64,000 nucleotides of DNA from the human T2T-CHM13v2.0 reference genome, Homo sapiens. Position numbers and translations under genes: made by a program. This document shows positions 12,661 to 24,044 of the stretch, piece after piece. The notes under the pieces are model-generated. The model was not told the DNA's origin, searched no databases, and saw only the letters and a program-made list of their open reading frames with translations. Numbering within the stretch: the stretch's first letter is position 1; each line of letters opens with the position of its first letter. The DNA lies in NCBI RefSeq assembly GCF_009914755.1, contig NC_060927.1. One strand, 5' to 3'.

Positions 12661-14074
12661 TTATATTTAGGTCTTAATCCATTTAGAGTCCAATTTTTTT
12701 ATATGATATCATGTAAGGGTCAACTTCATTCTGTTACATGTGGCTATCCAGTTTTCCCAGCACCATTTGTTGAAGAGACTGTGTTTTCCTCTTTATGTGG
12801 TCTTGGTACTCTTGTCAAAGGTAATTTGACCGTATATGTTAAGGTTTATATCTAGGTTCTTTATTCTGTTTCATTGATCTGTATTTCTGTCTTTATGCCA
12901 GTACCACATTGTTTTGAGGACTGTAGCTTTCTGCTGTATTTTGGAATTAGGAAGTGTGATGCTTCTAATTTTGTTCTTTTTCAAGATTGTTTCCGTTATT
13001 TGGGGTCTCTTGAGATTACATATGAATTGTAGGATTTTTTTTCTATTTTTGCAAAAAATGCCATTGTGATTTTTGATACATAGTTAATTGAATCTGTAGG
13101 TAGCTTTCGATAGTATGAATATTTAACAATATAATGCCTTCCAATCCATGAACACAAATGTCCTTTCTCTTATTTGTGTCTTTTTTAATTTCTTTCAACA
13201 ATGTTTTCTATCTTTTAGGGTACATGTTCTTTGTTATCTCCTTGGTTAAGTTTATTTCTAAGTATTTTATTCTTTTTGACTGATTGCTAATAAAAGTATT
13301 TTATTGATTTATTTTTCTGATTTTTCATTGTCAGTGTAGAAATGGAACTTATTTTTGTGTGTCAATTTTGTATCCTGCAACTTTGCTAAATTTCCTTATT
13401 ATTTCTAACAGTTTTTTTTGTGGAAACTTTAGAGTTTTGTACGTATAAGATCATATCATCACAAACAGAGATGAATTTATTTCTTCTTTTCCAATTTAGG
13501 TACCTTTTATTTCTTTTTTTCTCCTAGTTGCTCTGGCTAGGACTTATGGTATTATTCTGAATAGAAGTGGCAGGAGTGGACATCCTTCACATACACCCAT
13601 TATTGTTTTGAAGTGTTTAATTACCTTTTTAGCTACATTTTTGCAGCTGAGTTTAGAATGAAAACCACAAGAGTTTTATTGTTGGCTGTACTTTTCTTTT
13701 TCCATTGATAAATTTGTGTCTTTTCCTATTACTTATTTTTTAGTTTATTTCTTTGGGTTTGTAATTTGTTTATTTTTTTCTTCCCAGACCCAATAATCAA
13801 CACAAATTTATTAAGTACTAAAAAGGTTCCTGGTAGTGTTGAAAGTCCTCTTTGGTAAGCTCAAGAGGCAAGACAATATTTCTATTTAAGAAGAGATAAT
13901 GAGTTATCATCAAGTCTTTTCAATCTTGATTTTTCTATGAATTGAACTGTAGGAAATTATTGATTTTTGATCTTTAAAAATAATAATTTCATATAATTCA
14001 ACATAATATATTCTGCTTACCTTTAAAGTCATTTTGTCCCTTTGTTTAGCAGTGAACTGATACTTTCTAACACC

Positions 14075-14491
14075 TTATATGGTTTGAATCTGTGTCCCTG
14101 CCCAAATCTCATGTTGAAATGTAATTCTCAGTGCTGGAGGTGGGGCTTGGTGGGAGGTGACTAGATCATGCGAGTGGTTTTTCATTGTTTAACACTATCC
14201 ACCTTTGTACTGTCATCACAATAGTGAGTTCTCCTGAGATCTGGTGGTTTAAAAGCATGTAGCACCTCCCTCTCTCACCCTTTATCCTGCTTTAGCCGTG
14301 TAAAATGTGGCTGCTTCCCCTCTGCTTTCTGCCATGATTGTAACTTCTGAGACCTCCCCAGAAGCTGAGCAGATGCCAGCGTCATGCTTTCTGTACAGGC
14401 TGTGGTACCGTGAACCAATTAAACCTCTTTTCTTTATAAATTACCCAGTCTCAGGTATTTCCTGATAGTAATGCAAGAATAGACTAATACA
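14075..14491 (+). mobile_element. MSTA MaLR solo LTR
   Basis: atatggtttg...cccaaatctcatgttgaaatgtaat...ttataaattacccagtctcagg...gactaataca. Confidence 0.9.
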
Positions 14492-15009
14492 CTCAACCAC
14501 ATACTGTTTATATACTGTTAATGAAGGGAATTTCCACACTTATGAGGTAGTTTATTCCAATGATGGTCAGAGTGCAAGGAAGTTCTATAACTTATATTAA
14601 GTGAAATGCTATCTCTTGGCAATGTCCATTGTTGGGGTCCTAGTGAAATCATCTTTATAAAAATTACTAATTACCTACTCTGTATGAAGTATTCTCACAG
14701 ATATTAGAAAAAACAATGTGGGAAAGATAGACACAACCCCTGCAGGCTTGGGGCTTAGTTAGGACCACTGAAAATGTGTGGTGAGGGAGAGAACAGGAGG
14801 AACTGTTTCTGTCCTTAACACAGTTTCCCCAAATCATATTCTTTCAAACATTAGGCACAATGATGTGATGAATTTGAAGACTTATGAAAATATGTCAAAA
14901 ATACTATCCGGGAAAAATCCATTGAATATGAGTAAACAGATTTCATATCCCTTTACCCCCTCACCTTCTATTCTTTAGGTTAAAACATTTACACTTGTCA
15001 GAGGTTCCT

Positions 15010-15211
15010 AGCATAGATTTTGGAGTTATAGGAACCTGGGTTTGAAGCCCAGCATTTCTGCTTTTGGTGCTGCAAACTTGAAGCTCAGTGTCCACATATG
15101 TGAAAATGAAGATTTCAGCATTTCTGACCAAATAAGGTTCTTTGATGGTCAAATGAAATAATTCCTACAAGCTTCTTAGTGAAGTGTCTAGTTCAATAAA
15201 TGTTAACTACT
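15010..15211 (+). mobile_element. MIR
   Basis: ggagttataggaacctgggtttgaagccc...ttcaataaatgttaactac. Confidence 0.55.
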
Positions 15212-15212
15212 G

Positions 15213-15213
<1 letters not shown>

Positions 15214-15245
<32 letters not shown>

Positions 15246-15259
15246 CAGTGGTGATGATG
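15214..15259. repeat. (GAT)n microsatellite at MIR tail
   Basis: About 10 perfect GAT units plus a degenerate extension. Confidence 0.95.
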
Positions 15260-15654
15260 GCATTGTTTCAAGTTGTTCTGCAATCCTTTATAAGTATTTC
15301 TGAGTAATGTAATGTGTGGATATACATTGCCTAAATTCTGAACTAAGAATATTCTAAATATCCTTAACTGATTAAGGTAAGGCAAGAGACACCTATGATT
15401 CACATTTCCTCTGCCCTTGTGTGATTTTGCTGCTCTAGCACAATGCATTTCAATGTTTACTTTTTTTCTTTCCCACATTGGGACAATAGCTAAACTTTGG
15501 TTCTCTATACTTCATACTTGGAATATAGCTATTTATTTTTGTAAAAAGTTTAAAAGTGAAACAAATTCGTGTTTGGCTACAAATACCAATAAGAATTTTT
15601 TATCTACTCAGAAGCACTCACTTTGCCAAAAGATGTGTGGAAAATTGTACTGAT

Positions 15655-16310
15655 CTAATCAACATTCAGTACATGTTTATTGAGGGCCTATTATGGGGTC
15701 AGGCTCTATTCTATCATATGGAAATAGAACATTGAGCAAATCAGATAAAAATTCTGACCTTCTGGATCTTATGTTCTAGCAAGATAAGTAAATAAATTAA
15801 TGTAGTATAAGATCATATCTATATGATGATCATGATGATGATAATGGGGTGTGCGTATTATATGTTAGGCCGAAATACTTTCTAATGAGAAGTAGAATAG
15901 GAAGTGTCAGGGAGCACAGTTTTATAGAAGATAGGCTAAGAAAGGTCTAAGGGAAGTGATTTTTGAATAAAGATCTGAAGGTGCTCAGGGAGTAAAGCAT
16001 GTGATTATTAAAGAGAAGAGTATTCCAGGCCTTGAGGACAGCAAATGCAAGATTCCTAAAGTGAGAGAAGCCTAGTATGTTTGAGAAGTGGTAAGGAGGT
16101 CACTGTAACTCAAATGAAGGGGAAAAGAAGAGAGTGAAAGCAAAGAAAGTCAGCAAGGTCATGGAAATCCTAGGCCATTATAAAGATTGTGGCTTGTACA
16201 CAGTGGCTTGTACAGTGAAAGGGGAAACTGTCGTGGGGTTGTACACAGAGGCATGTCTCATTCTGATGTATATTTTCACAAAATCCCTTTGGCTGCGGTG
16301 TTGATTAAAG
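15655..16310 (-). mobile_element. L2 3' fragment
   Basis: catgtttattgagggcctattatggggtcaggc...gagtattccaggc...gaggacagcaaatgcaag typical of antisense L2a. Confidence 0.7.
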
Positions 16311-16716
16311 CCTACATAAGGGAAGTTCCATCTAAGTTGACGTGATGTGTTATTAAAGAAAGAAATAGAGAAAATAAAGAAAAGATACATTTTTAAGTGT
16401 GAGAATTAGGCCAATGGAATACTTTCAGCTGGAATAATTTCAACTTATTCAAAAGGTATTCACTAAATGCTTTTTACAAGCCCACTTTATGCAAGACATT
16501 GGGCAAGGTCTTGGGGCTAACAGGTAACTGATAGCATTTCTTTTTTTCAAGGAATTCATGATGTAACTATAATAAAAATTAAATTTCATAAAGAAGAATA
16601 AATAGGAACTTGGAAGCAGAAATATGTATTTTAGGCTGTGAGAATCTGGGGCAGCATCATACATGGAAATACATTTGCTATGGGCCTTGAAGTAATAATA
16701 GATAATTGGCAGGCTT

Positions 16717-17237
16717 AATGAATGAAGATAATGTGGTATGTGTACACAGTGGAATACTGTTCAGCCGTAATTTGCAGCAACATGGATGGAAATGCAGATC
16801 ATTGTGTTAAGTGAAATAAGCCAGGCACAGAAAAACAAATATTACAAATTCTCACTCACATGTAAGAACTAAAAGCGGATCTCATGGAGGTAGAGAGTAG
16901 AATGATAGTTACCAAAGGCTGGGAAGGGGGTGTGTTCGGGGGGTGAGAGGATGAAGAAGGCTTGGTTAATAAGTACAAAGATACAGTTAGATAGAAGGAA
17001 TAAGTTACAGCATTGGCTAGCACAATAGGGTGACTATGCTTAAAAACAGTATACTCTATATTTCAAAATAGCTTGAGGAGAAGATTTAAAATGTCCCCAA
17101 CACAAAGAAATGATAAATCCTCAAAGTGATGGATATGCTAAATACCCTTATTTGATCATTACACAATGTATGCATGTATCAAAATATCACATGTACCACA
17201 TAAATTTGAAAAAATGTTATGTATTAATAAAAAAAAA
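16717..17237 (+). mobile_element. L1MA (L1MA6/7-like) 3' end
   Basis: gcagcaacatggatgga...ttaagtgaaataagccaggcacag...poly-A; flanked by aattggcag duplication (~16704 / ~17236). Confidence 0.85.
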
Positions 17238-17245
17238 TTGGCAGC

Positions 17246-17652
17246 TGTTTTAGGCAATTCTTACATTGCTATAAATATATTAATTTGGACAGTTTAGGAA
17301 GAGAAGAGGTTTAATTCACTTACAGCTCTGCAGGCTGTACAAGCATCGTGCTGGCATCTGCTTAGGTTCTGGGGAGGTCTCAGGGAGCTTTAACTCATAG
17401 TGGAAGGAGAAGAGGGAACAGACATGTCATATGGTAAAAGCAGGAGGAAGAGAGAGTGAGGAGTGAGGTGCCACACACTTTTAAACAACCAAATCTCATG
17501 CGAACTCACTCATCACCAAGGGGATAGCATTAAGCCAGTCATGAGGGATACACTGCCCATGATCCAAACACCTCCCTCCAGACCCCACCTCCAATACTGT
17601 AGATTACACTTCAACTTGAGATTTAGTGGGGATGCAGATCCAAACCATATCA
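17246..17652 (-). mobile_element. MST (MSTA-like) MaLR solo LTR
   Basis: tgttttagg...cccatgatccaaacacctccc...atccaaaccatatca. Confidence 0.85.
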
Positions 17653-18852
17653 GCATGTCTAAAAGGTGAGGAGACAGCCATTCCAAGCCATACATGTCTT
17701 GTCATTGTATGTATTGAAAACCTACAAATACTGTGAAACGGAGCTTCTTTGTTTCAAGGGATGATGTCCCATTTCTACTCAACCACTCTTCCTTTTTTTT
17801 TTCCACCTATCTTTATGTCGTCTGTAGTTTGAAAAGGGTTTTACACATAATACTGAAAATATTTGTTGGATTTTAGCTTTTGGTGGAAATAATTCCTTTT
17901 AAATAACTTATCTACCCTTTTATTGGGCCTAAAGCAGGTGCGAGAAGAGGCAAATTATTGAAGTTGATGAGGAAACAGGGTCTATTTTTTTACACTATCA
18001 TTTTCCCTGCCTTTTTACTTCTTTTCTCCCTTCACTCTTTGTATGTTTTTTTCTGACTTTCTCTTCTCATCCCAGAATCTACTCAATGACCTTCATAAAA
18101 TGCTTAAATATGTTATTTAGGCTTATAACTGACTTTATTTTTAAACCAGTCAAACCATTTGTAAGTTTTCTACTTTTTTAAAAAATTGAGTGTTCTCAAA
18201 TTCTGTTTTCTGTCAGTCAGTAGTCTTAGATAAGAAAATGTTTCTCACCTTAGTTATAGGTTATATGCATTATTGATATTTGACTGAACGCCACTAGTTT
18301 TCAAGATGTGATGTAACTTTTGGTCTAACCTAACCTTTTCTTGTTTTAATGGTTTCTGCTGTGAATTAATAGAAATATATATTTGCTTTATATTAAATTG
18401 CAATTATTGAGTATGTAAATATGAACTTCAAGAGATGGTTTGTTCCTTTAGCAACTTTTGGAAATAAGTATTTCACTTTTAAATTTACCAATTTAGTGAG
18501 GAAAAACACCTAAAGGAGCTTTGAGATTATTCCTAGTTTTGAAATGTGACTATTTAGGGATGACATTTGCACTTGAGAGCTGCTGCAGAAATGGGTTCAT
18601 CTAGTTAACCTTCATCTGAATTGCCACCCTCTGCTTTATCCTATGAAACAACTGGTGAAGAGAAAATGTTAATTAGGAAGCTTTTCAAGATTAATTTTTT
18701 TCATTTTCATAAAGTGAAGTGTTCACCACTTTCCATGTTAAATAAGGTTCCTCGCTTGGCAACATAGGCTTTGCTGCAGTAATTGTGTGCTCACAGCAAA
18801 TACTTGATGGTAAAAAAGACAAGTGCAAAAAGCAATTTTTGCAACAGCCAAC

Positions 18853-18869
18853 CAGAACAGACTGTTCTG
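18853..18869. promoter_or_regulatory. Perfect palindromic GRE/ARE/PRE-type motif (AGAACA-gac-TGTTCT)
   Basis: Exact match to the canonical NR3C inverted repeat with a 3-bp spacer, in sequence I do not recognise as a repeat; function unproven. Confidence 0.5.
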
Positions 18870-19794
18870 TTCCCAATAAATTAATGGATTTAACCTTGCA
18901 GCTGTAGCAGTGTTATTATGCAAATACTCTCTGAGTATAATGAAAGCCAAGTGATTCTCTATAGAGAAAGTTGTTTCTTTCTTCCTGAGAATTCTAAGTG
19001 ACTAGATAATTGACACATTGTGTAACCATGTTAAGTGAAGGAAAAAAATATTTTCAGTAAGTCTACCGAGTTTGATTTTATGTTCCAATGTTTTCAGCAA
19101 TTTATTGAGGCTTTTACTGAGAACAATATATTTAGCACAGTAAATTCCAATGTCCACAGACAACCTCCTAGAAAATGAAGAAATTGGAAATAGTAGATAG
19201 CTCTTTACGTTGTTTGTTTTAATTTAAGCAGAAATAAAAATTTCCTTTATTTTTATTCAAGTATAGTGGTCGGGTCATGCCAAGTGTCTTCAAAGCAGTA
19301 GATTTGCATTCTGATTCATGATGAACTAGAAAATTGTCATCTAATTATTGGATCAAGTTGATAGCCACTTTGGTTTTTGAAGCTGATCTTAGATTTATAC
19401 CACATGTGAAACACTTGTCATTGAAGGTTTATTCTTGGTAATTGACCAATTGTGAAGATCACTCAAAGTGCTCTTCACTAGATTGAAGTTTCATGGCTAA
19501 ATGAAATCTTCGATGATTTAAAAATATTTAAAACAGGAAGTATAAGTGTGGGAACACTGGCCGCTTCATTGTGGTAAGGCTTTAGTCAATGGATGAGAAA
19601 ATGATAATCCTTGGAATTAGTTCAACCATTTTATATGAACAATTTGCATATATTGTTTTTGGTTTTTATCATAGCCAGTATTCTATGTGAGCTTTATATT
19701 ATTAGGTCATATAAAATCAAGTGTCTATTCAATGTATTCCAAAATATTTTGTAAACCATTACTTACATATGCAAACATTAGGGATTATAATAGC

Positions 19795-19980
19795 CGTAGT
19801 TGTATAATTGAAAGAACACTAAATTTGGAATCTGAAATCCTACAACTATGCACTTTTGACTTTTTTGTAACACCTTAAAGATTTTTCTTCATCTATAAGT
19901 AATAACATTTTAGAATAGATTTATGTGAGACAGTATATGTATAGGAGTTGTATAAACTTTACATCACAAAATAAATGTTC
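19795..19980 (+). mobile_element. MIR
   Basis: gaaagaacactaaatttggaatctgaaatcct...ttcttcatctataa. Confidence 0.5.
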
Positions 19981-20778
19981 TTTAATGATATTAGTATATA
20001 TTTATTGTCATTATCTTTCATCAAAGGTCTTTATTAAGTAACATTTACCTCGAGTTAATAATTCTCAGATTTGCATTCCAAACAAAATGTTATAAATTTC
20101 TATAAGTTAGTTTAAAAATTTTTATCATGTAGTTAGTGAATAAGGAAACATATTTATAGAAATGAATAATGAACTGAATTTAATAATTATATCATTGCTG
20201 TTACTTTTTAAAAAACCCTGGTATATATAATTATATTCATTGAAAGTATTGATTCATGACACAGTTATCATTTATCATGTATACCTCTTGGCTAGCTAGC
20301 TATCCATTCTTTTTTCTCATATTTTAATAATATCCTGAATACTGTACCTACTTTTCAACTTGTATCTGTGTAAATGCTTACTAACCTCTATCATATCTAT
20401 CTGCCGCCTTTTGGCTCTGCAGTGACTCTAATCCAAGTTTGGCATTTATAATTTCCTTGCTTTTAACCATCATCATTTGACACATATGTTTGTGACCTTA
20501 AACATATGTGTTTAAACTAAACATATTTTTTAGTTTTGCACACTTTTGGACTTTAACATCATATTTAAAGTCCTCTCCTGGGACTTGTTTTTTTCACTCA
20601 ACATTATGTTCCTATGTCATTCATATCATTGTAGCTGTAGTTACTTTTTACAGCTGTATTATGTTTCATCATGCGAATATACGATTATTGAGTTACTTTT
20701 TATTCTGTCAATAACATTTGGTATTTTTTCATTTTGTGTTTCTAATATAGACAGTGCTTCTGTGAACATTCTTATACA

Positions 20779-21426
20779 CAGTCAATTCTTACTATTCACA
20801 ATAGTTATGTTCTATGAAGTCAAAGAGAACACTGAATCTGTGAATAGTAAATCATTGTGCCTAGAAGAAATACAGCATTTGCTTCATGCAAATCTCTAGT
20901 CACAACATTTTTATATATCAGTCAATCCATAACCTTGTTTTATGTGTGTTTCTGTTTAAAGAGTTGTTAATTAATAATGAATATTGTTGATTCATTAACA
21001 CTGAACTCATGGTCGATAGCATTGTAACTCATGCCTGAATGAAGCTTATCTAACATGCATTTTCTCCATGAGGAACATCAGAGCCGTCTTGCATCTAGAA
21101 ATACTAGACAGCACTTCAGCACTATGCTTGGGGGCAATTTTAGAGAGCAAGATCTCCAAAAAGAAAAAAAAAAAGAAAAATGCAAAAAATGTATCAATAA
21201 ATAGACTACAAAAAGGACACTTGTTTATAATATGAGAGCTGAACTAAGAAGGCAGAGCATCTCTTTGTTCAGCCTCAACTGGGCTTGTGGGATAACTTGA
21301 ATTTTTCCTACTCTGCACATGCACACATCTGTGAATAATGGCAAAAGAGCATCATTTGGTGTTACAAAAAATTTTAGTGAGTAGGCAAATTCACAAGGAC
21401 AGGCCATGAATAATGAGGATCAATTG
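20779..21426 (-). mobile_element. MER82-like TcMar-Tigger DNA transposon
   Basis: Terminal inverted repeats cagtcaattcttactattca / tgaataatgaggatcaattg, followed by TA; ~650 bp. Confidence 0.75.
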
Positions 21427-21449
21427 TATGTCTCTTACTGCTTTACACA

Positions 21450-21603
21450 CACTACCTTGCATGAGAATGACTTAGAGAGCTTGGTAAAAGTCAGATTCCT
21501 GGAGATACTGATTTAGGTCTGGAGTTGGGCCTGAGAATTTGAATTTCTAACCAGCTATTAGGTGATGCTGATAATGCAAGTTTATGGAACACACTTTGCA
21601 GAG
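21450..21603. mobile_element. MER5A (hAT-Charlie)
   Basis: cagattcctgg...gggcctgagaatttgaatttctaac...ggtgatgctgat...cacactttg. Confidence 0.75.
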
Positions 21604-22119
21604 CTTTTTCTTAGTAAACAGGTACAACAGTTATCTAAGGTATATGCTTTCCCTGAAATCACCAGTTCAAAGGCTGTGTTAAATTGCCCAGTTATACTTT
21701 ATGCTTATCTTCAGCTTTACATGTAGGATGCCAAATTTTTTTCCAAAGTGGGTGTACAAATTTGCATTCCACATCAGCAGTGTTATGATTGTTTCATGTT
21801 ATTACCGGTATTTGATGTAATCACACTTCTTCATTTATGCCATTTGATTTTTATTTACATTTCAATAATCACTGAAACATTTGAGTACTTTTCCATTTTG
21901 CATATTTTCATTACACATTCCTCTTGTATGATAAGCCTGTGAAAATGTTTTACTCATTTGCCACTGGGGTGTTACCAGCTGGCTATATTATATTAGTAAG
22001 TTCACAGAAGTTTAGAATTGTTATATTCCATTGGTAGATTGTATCGATTATTATTGTATACCGACTCTCTATATATTTAGTTTAAATTTGTTTGTCATGT
22101 ATTCTAAGTTGACAGTTAT

Positions 22120-22825
22120 TTTCTCCTAGCAAATCACAGACGTTGGTCAATTTTTGTTGCTCTGGAGAAGTCAACTATTTATTACCTTAACTGCCATTTA
22201 TTTAAAGTTTATCTACTTTTCTCCTTGGCTGTTTTAAGATAATATCTTTCTTTTTGTTCTGCAGATAGTATCTTTCTTTTTGTTGTTACTGTGCTGTGTC
22301 TAGATACGAATTTCTGTTTAATTATGCTGCCAGACTTCATTGAGCTTCCCAAACCTTTGCACTGGTATCTTTGATGAGTTCTGATAAATTCTCATTGCTT
22401 GTCTCTTCTGACGTTGTCTGTCTCTCACTTGTCTGTCATTCCAATAGAACTTTATTTGACTTTCCTTCTTCACCCTGTAAGTCTGAACTTCTATTCTGCA
22501 TATTCCATGTCCTTGTCTCTCTGTGCACTACACTGTGGATATTATATTTATATATATTTTCTAGTTCACTGTTTCCCTCTTCAATGATGTCTAAACTGGT
22601 ATGGAAACTTAGAGAGTTTAAAATTTAATTATTTTATCTTTAATTTTAGAATTTCTGCTTGGTCTTCTTGCAGTTATACTGATTCAATATAGATTTTAAT
22701 CTCTTTTTATGTACAATTTCTGTAAACATGTTAAACATATTTTATATTCCATGTCTAATGACTCCAACATTAAATTATGTATGTGGGTTACATCTGTGGC
22801 TCACATTGTATTTCTATTGAATATT
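22120..22825 (-). mobile_element. Ancient L1 ORF1-region fragment
   Basis: Diverged antisense L1ME ORF1-like sequence (ggagaagtc...ctccttggctgttttaagat...ttcattgagcttc). Confidence 0.4.
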
Positions 22826-22830
22826 GCTAC

Positions 22831-22950
22831 TGTCGTGGGATCTTTGGGGTGTTCCTATAACAGCAGAAACCTCTGTGGCCAGTGGCACCTTTGCCTGAGT
22901 TTTTACTCAGGCCCACTGTGCTCGTTCCACCCACTCAGCTGGAAGGCACA
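22831..22950 (-). mobile_element. MER52-like ERV1 LTR terminal fragment
   Basis: tgtcgtgggatctttggggtg...gaaacctctgtggccagtggcacctttgcc...cccactcagc. Confidence 0.75.
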
Positions 22951-24044
22951 CCACCAAAAAATAAATTGTGTTTACTTCAGTGGAAGCAAAGTAACAAAAC
23001 TTTTTCTAAATAGCTGCTGTATTAAGGAGGAATTTGGAATAATTTTAAAAATTAAAATAATATATTGCAAAATATTAATTTACAATAAAATATTATTTTG
23101 TATTCCTGCTTATGATTAGAAATTTCTTTAGGGAGAAGATATAATCTCTTAGTACCTCTTTGTTGTCAAAAATGTTTTGTTGAAATATGTACTTACAATT
23201 ATGATTCTTATCTTTGAAAAGCGTGAAAATTGAGGGTGCCCAATCTTCAGAGTGTGGTCTTTAGTTGTAGGCATATCATTTGACTTAATCAGTTGGTATT
23301 GTGTTTTTCTTAATATCAAAATGTGTTTTTTATTTTTGACACACACTAGAAACTTAATAATATAACCAGGTATTTTGTATAAAAAAAATGAGTTCATAAT
23401 TAAAAAACACTTTTAGCAATTTCTTTGACAATTTCTCAAAATGTTGAAACTTGGTTTTGTTTCTTCTCAGTAGATTTAAATATACCTTTGATTATGTAAT
23501 TTACAATATACATTTAGCCTTTAAGTTAATTTTCACTTTTGAAAGTACCTGAACATTTGAAAGGAAATATGTTTTATTTTCAAATTCAAGGTCCCAAAAG
23601 CTAGATAATCTCATCGATGTTGAGTGCTCCCTCATGACTACTGCTTTTGACAGTCTTTTGATCTGTGACTTTTCTTGTTTCATTCCTCAAGCATGTTGCA
23701 GTGTCTCTTGTCACAATGAAGCTTACTCCCACATAGAATGGCACTACTTTAAGTATCTTTGTTTTTTCTTTACTTTTTTGTTTTGTTTTGGCATTTATCT
23801 GAAAACAAAAATTCCAAAAGGAACTCTTGATTTTATCCAAAGAATTATACTTTTACAAATTACTTCACCACCATTTTATGGAAAAGAAGTGTTATTTTTA
23901 CAGTTTATCCCATTTTCTTTATTTTCTTTAAAATTCAGAAGTCCAAACTACGACAGTCTTTGCTTTTGGATATTTTGTGCCATATTCAAGATTGCTTCTC
24001 TAAAGACTTAAAATTACATAGTGACATGCTACTTAGAAAATAAG

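Larger units (their letters stand above)
9960..13587 (-). mobile_element. L1MB (L1MB2/3-like), 5'-truncated, interrupted by an ERV1 LTR and a young L1PA
   Basis: ggtaaaatatacataacataaaatttaccatc 3' end; decayed antisense ORF2 resumes collinearly after both insertions. Confidence 0.85.
20430..21990 (-). mobile_element. Ancient L1ME-like fragments hosting MER82 and MER5A
   Basis: Diverged antisense L1 3' motifs (ctgtgaacattcttata; ttccaaagtgggtgtacaaatttgcattccacatcagcagtg). Confidence 0.45.

Noticed and set aside
15203-15478. ORF ending in poly-histidine
   Set aside because: The His run is the antisense reading of a (GAT)n microsatellite at a MIR tail
16189-16217. 14-bp tandem duplication gtggcttgtaca(ca)
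   Set aside because: Trivial slippage inside an L2 remnant
22709-24011. 125-136-aa ORFs in AT-rich DNA
   Set aside because: Composition is biased to F/I/L/K, they cross repeat boundaries, and there is no recognisable domain or splice structure
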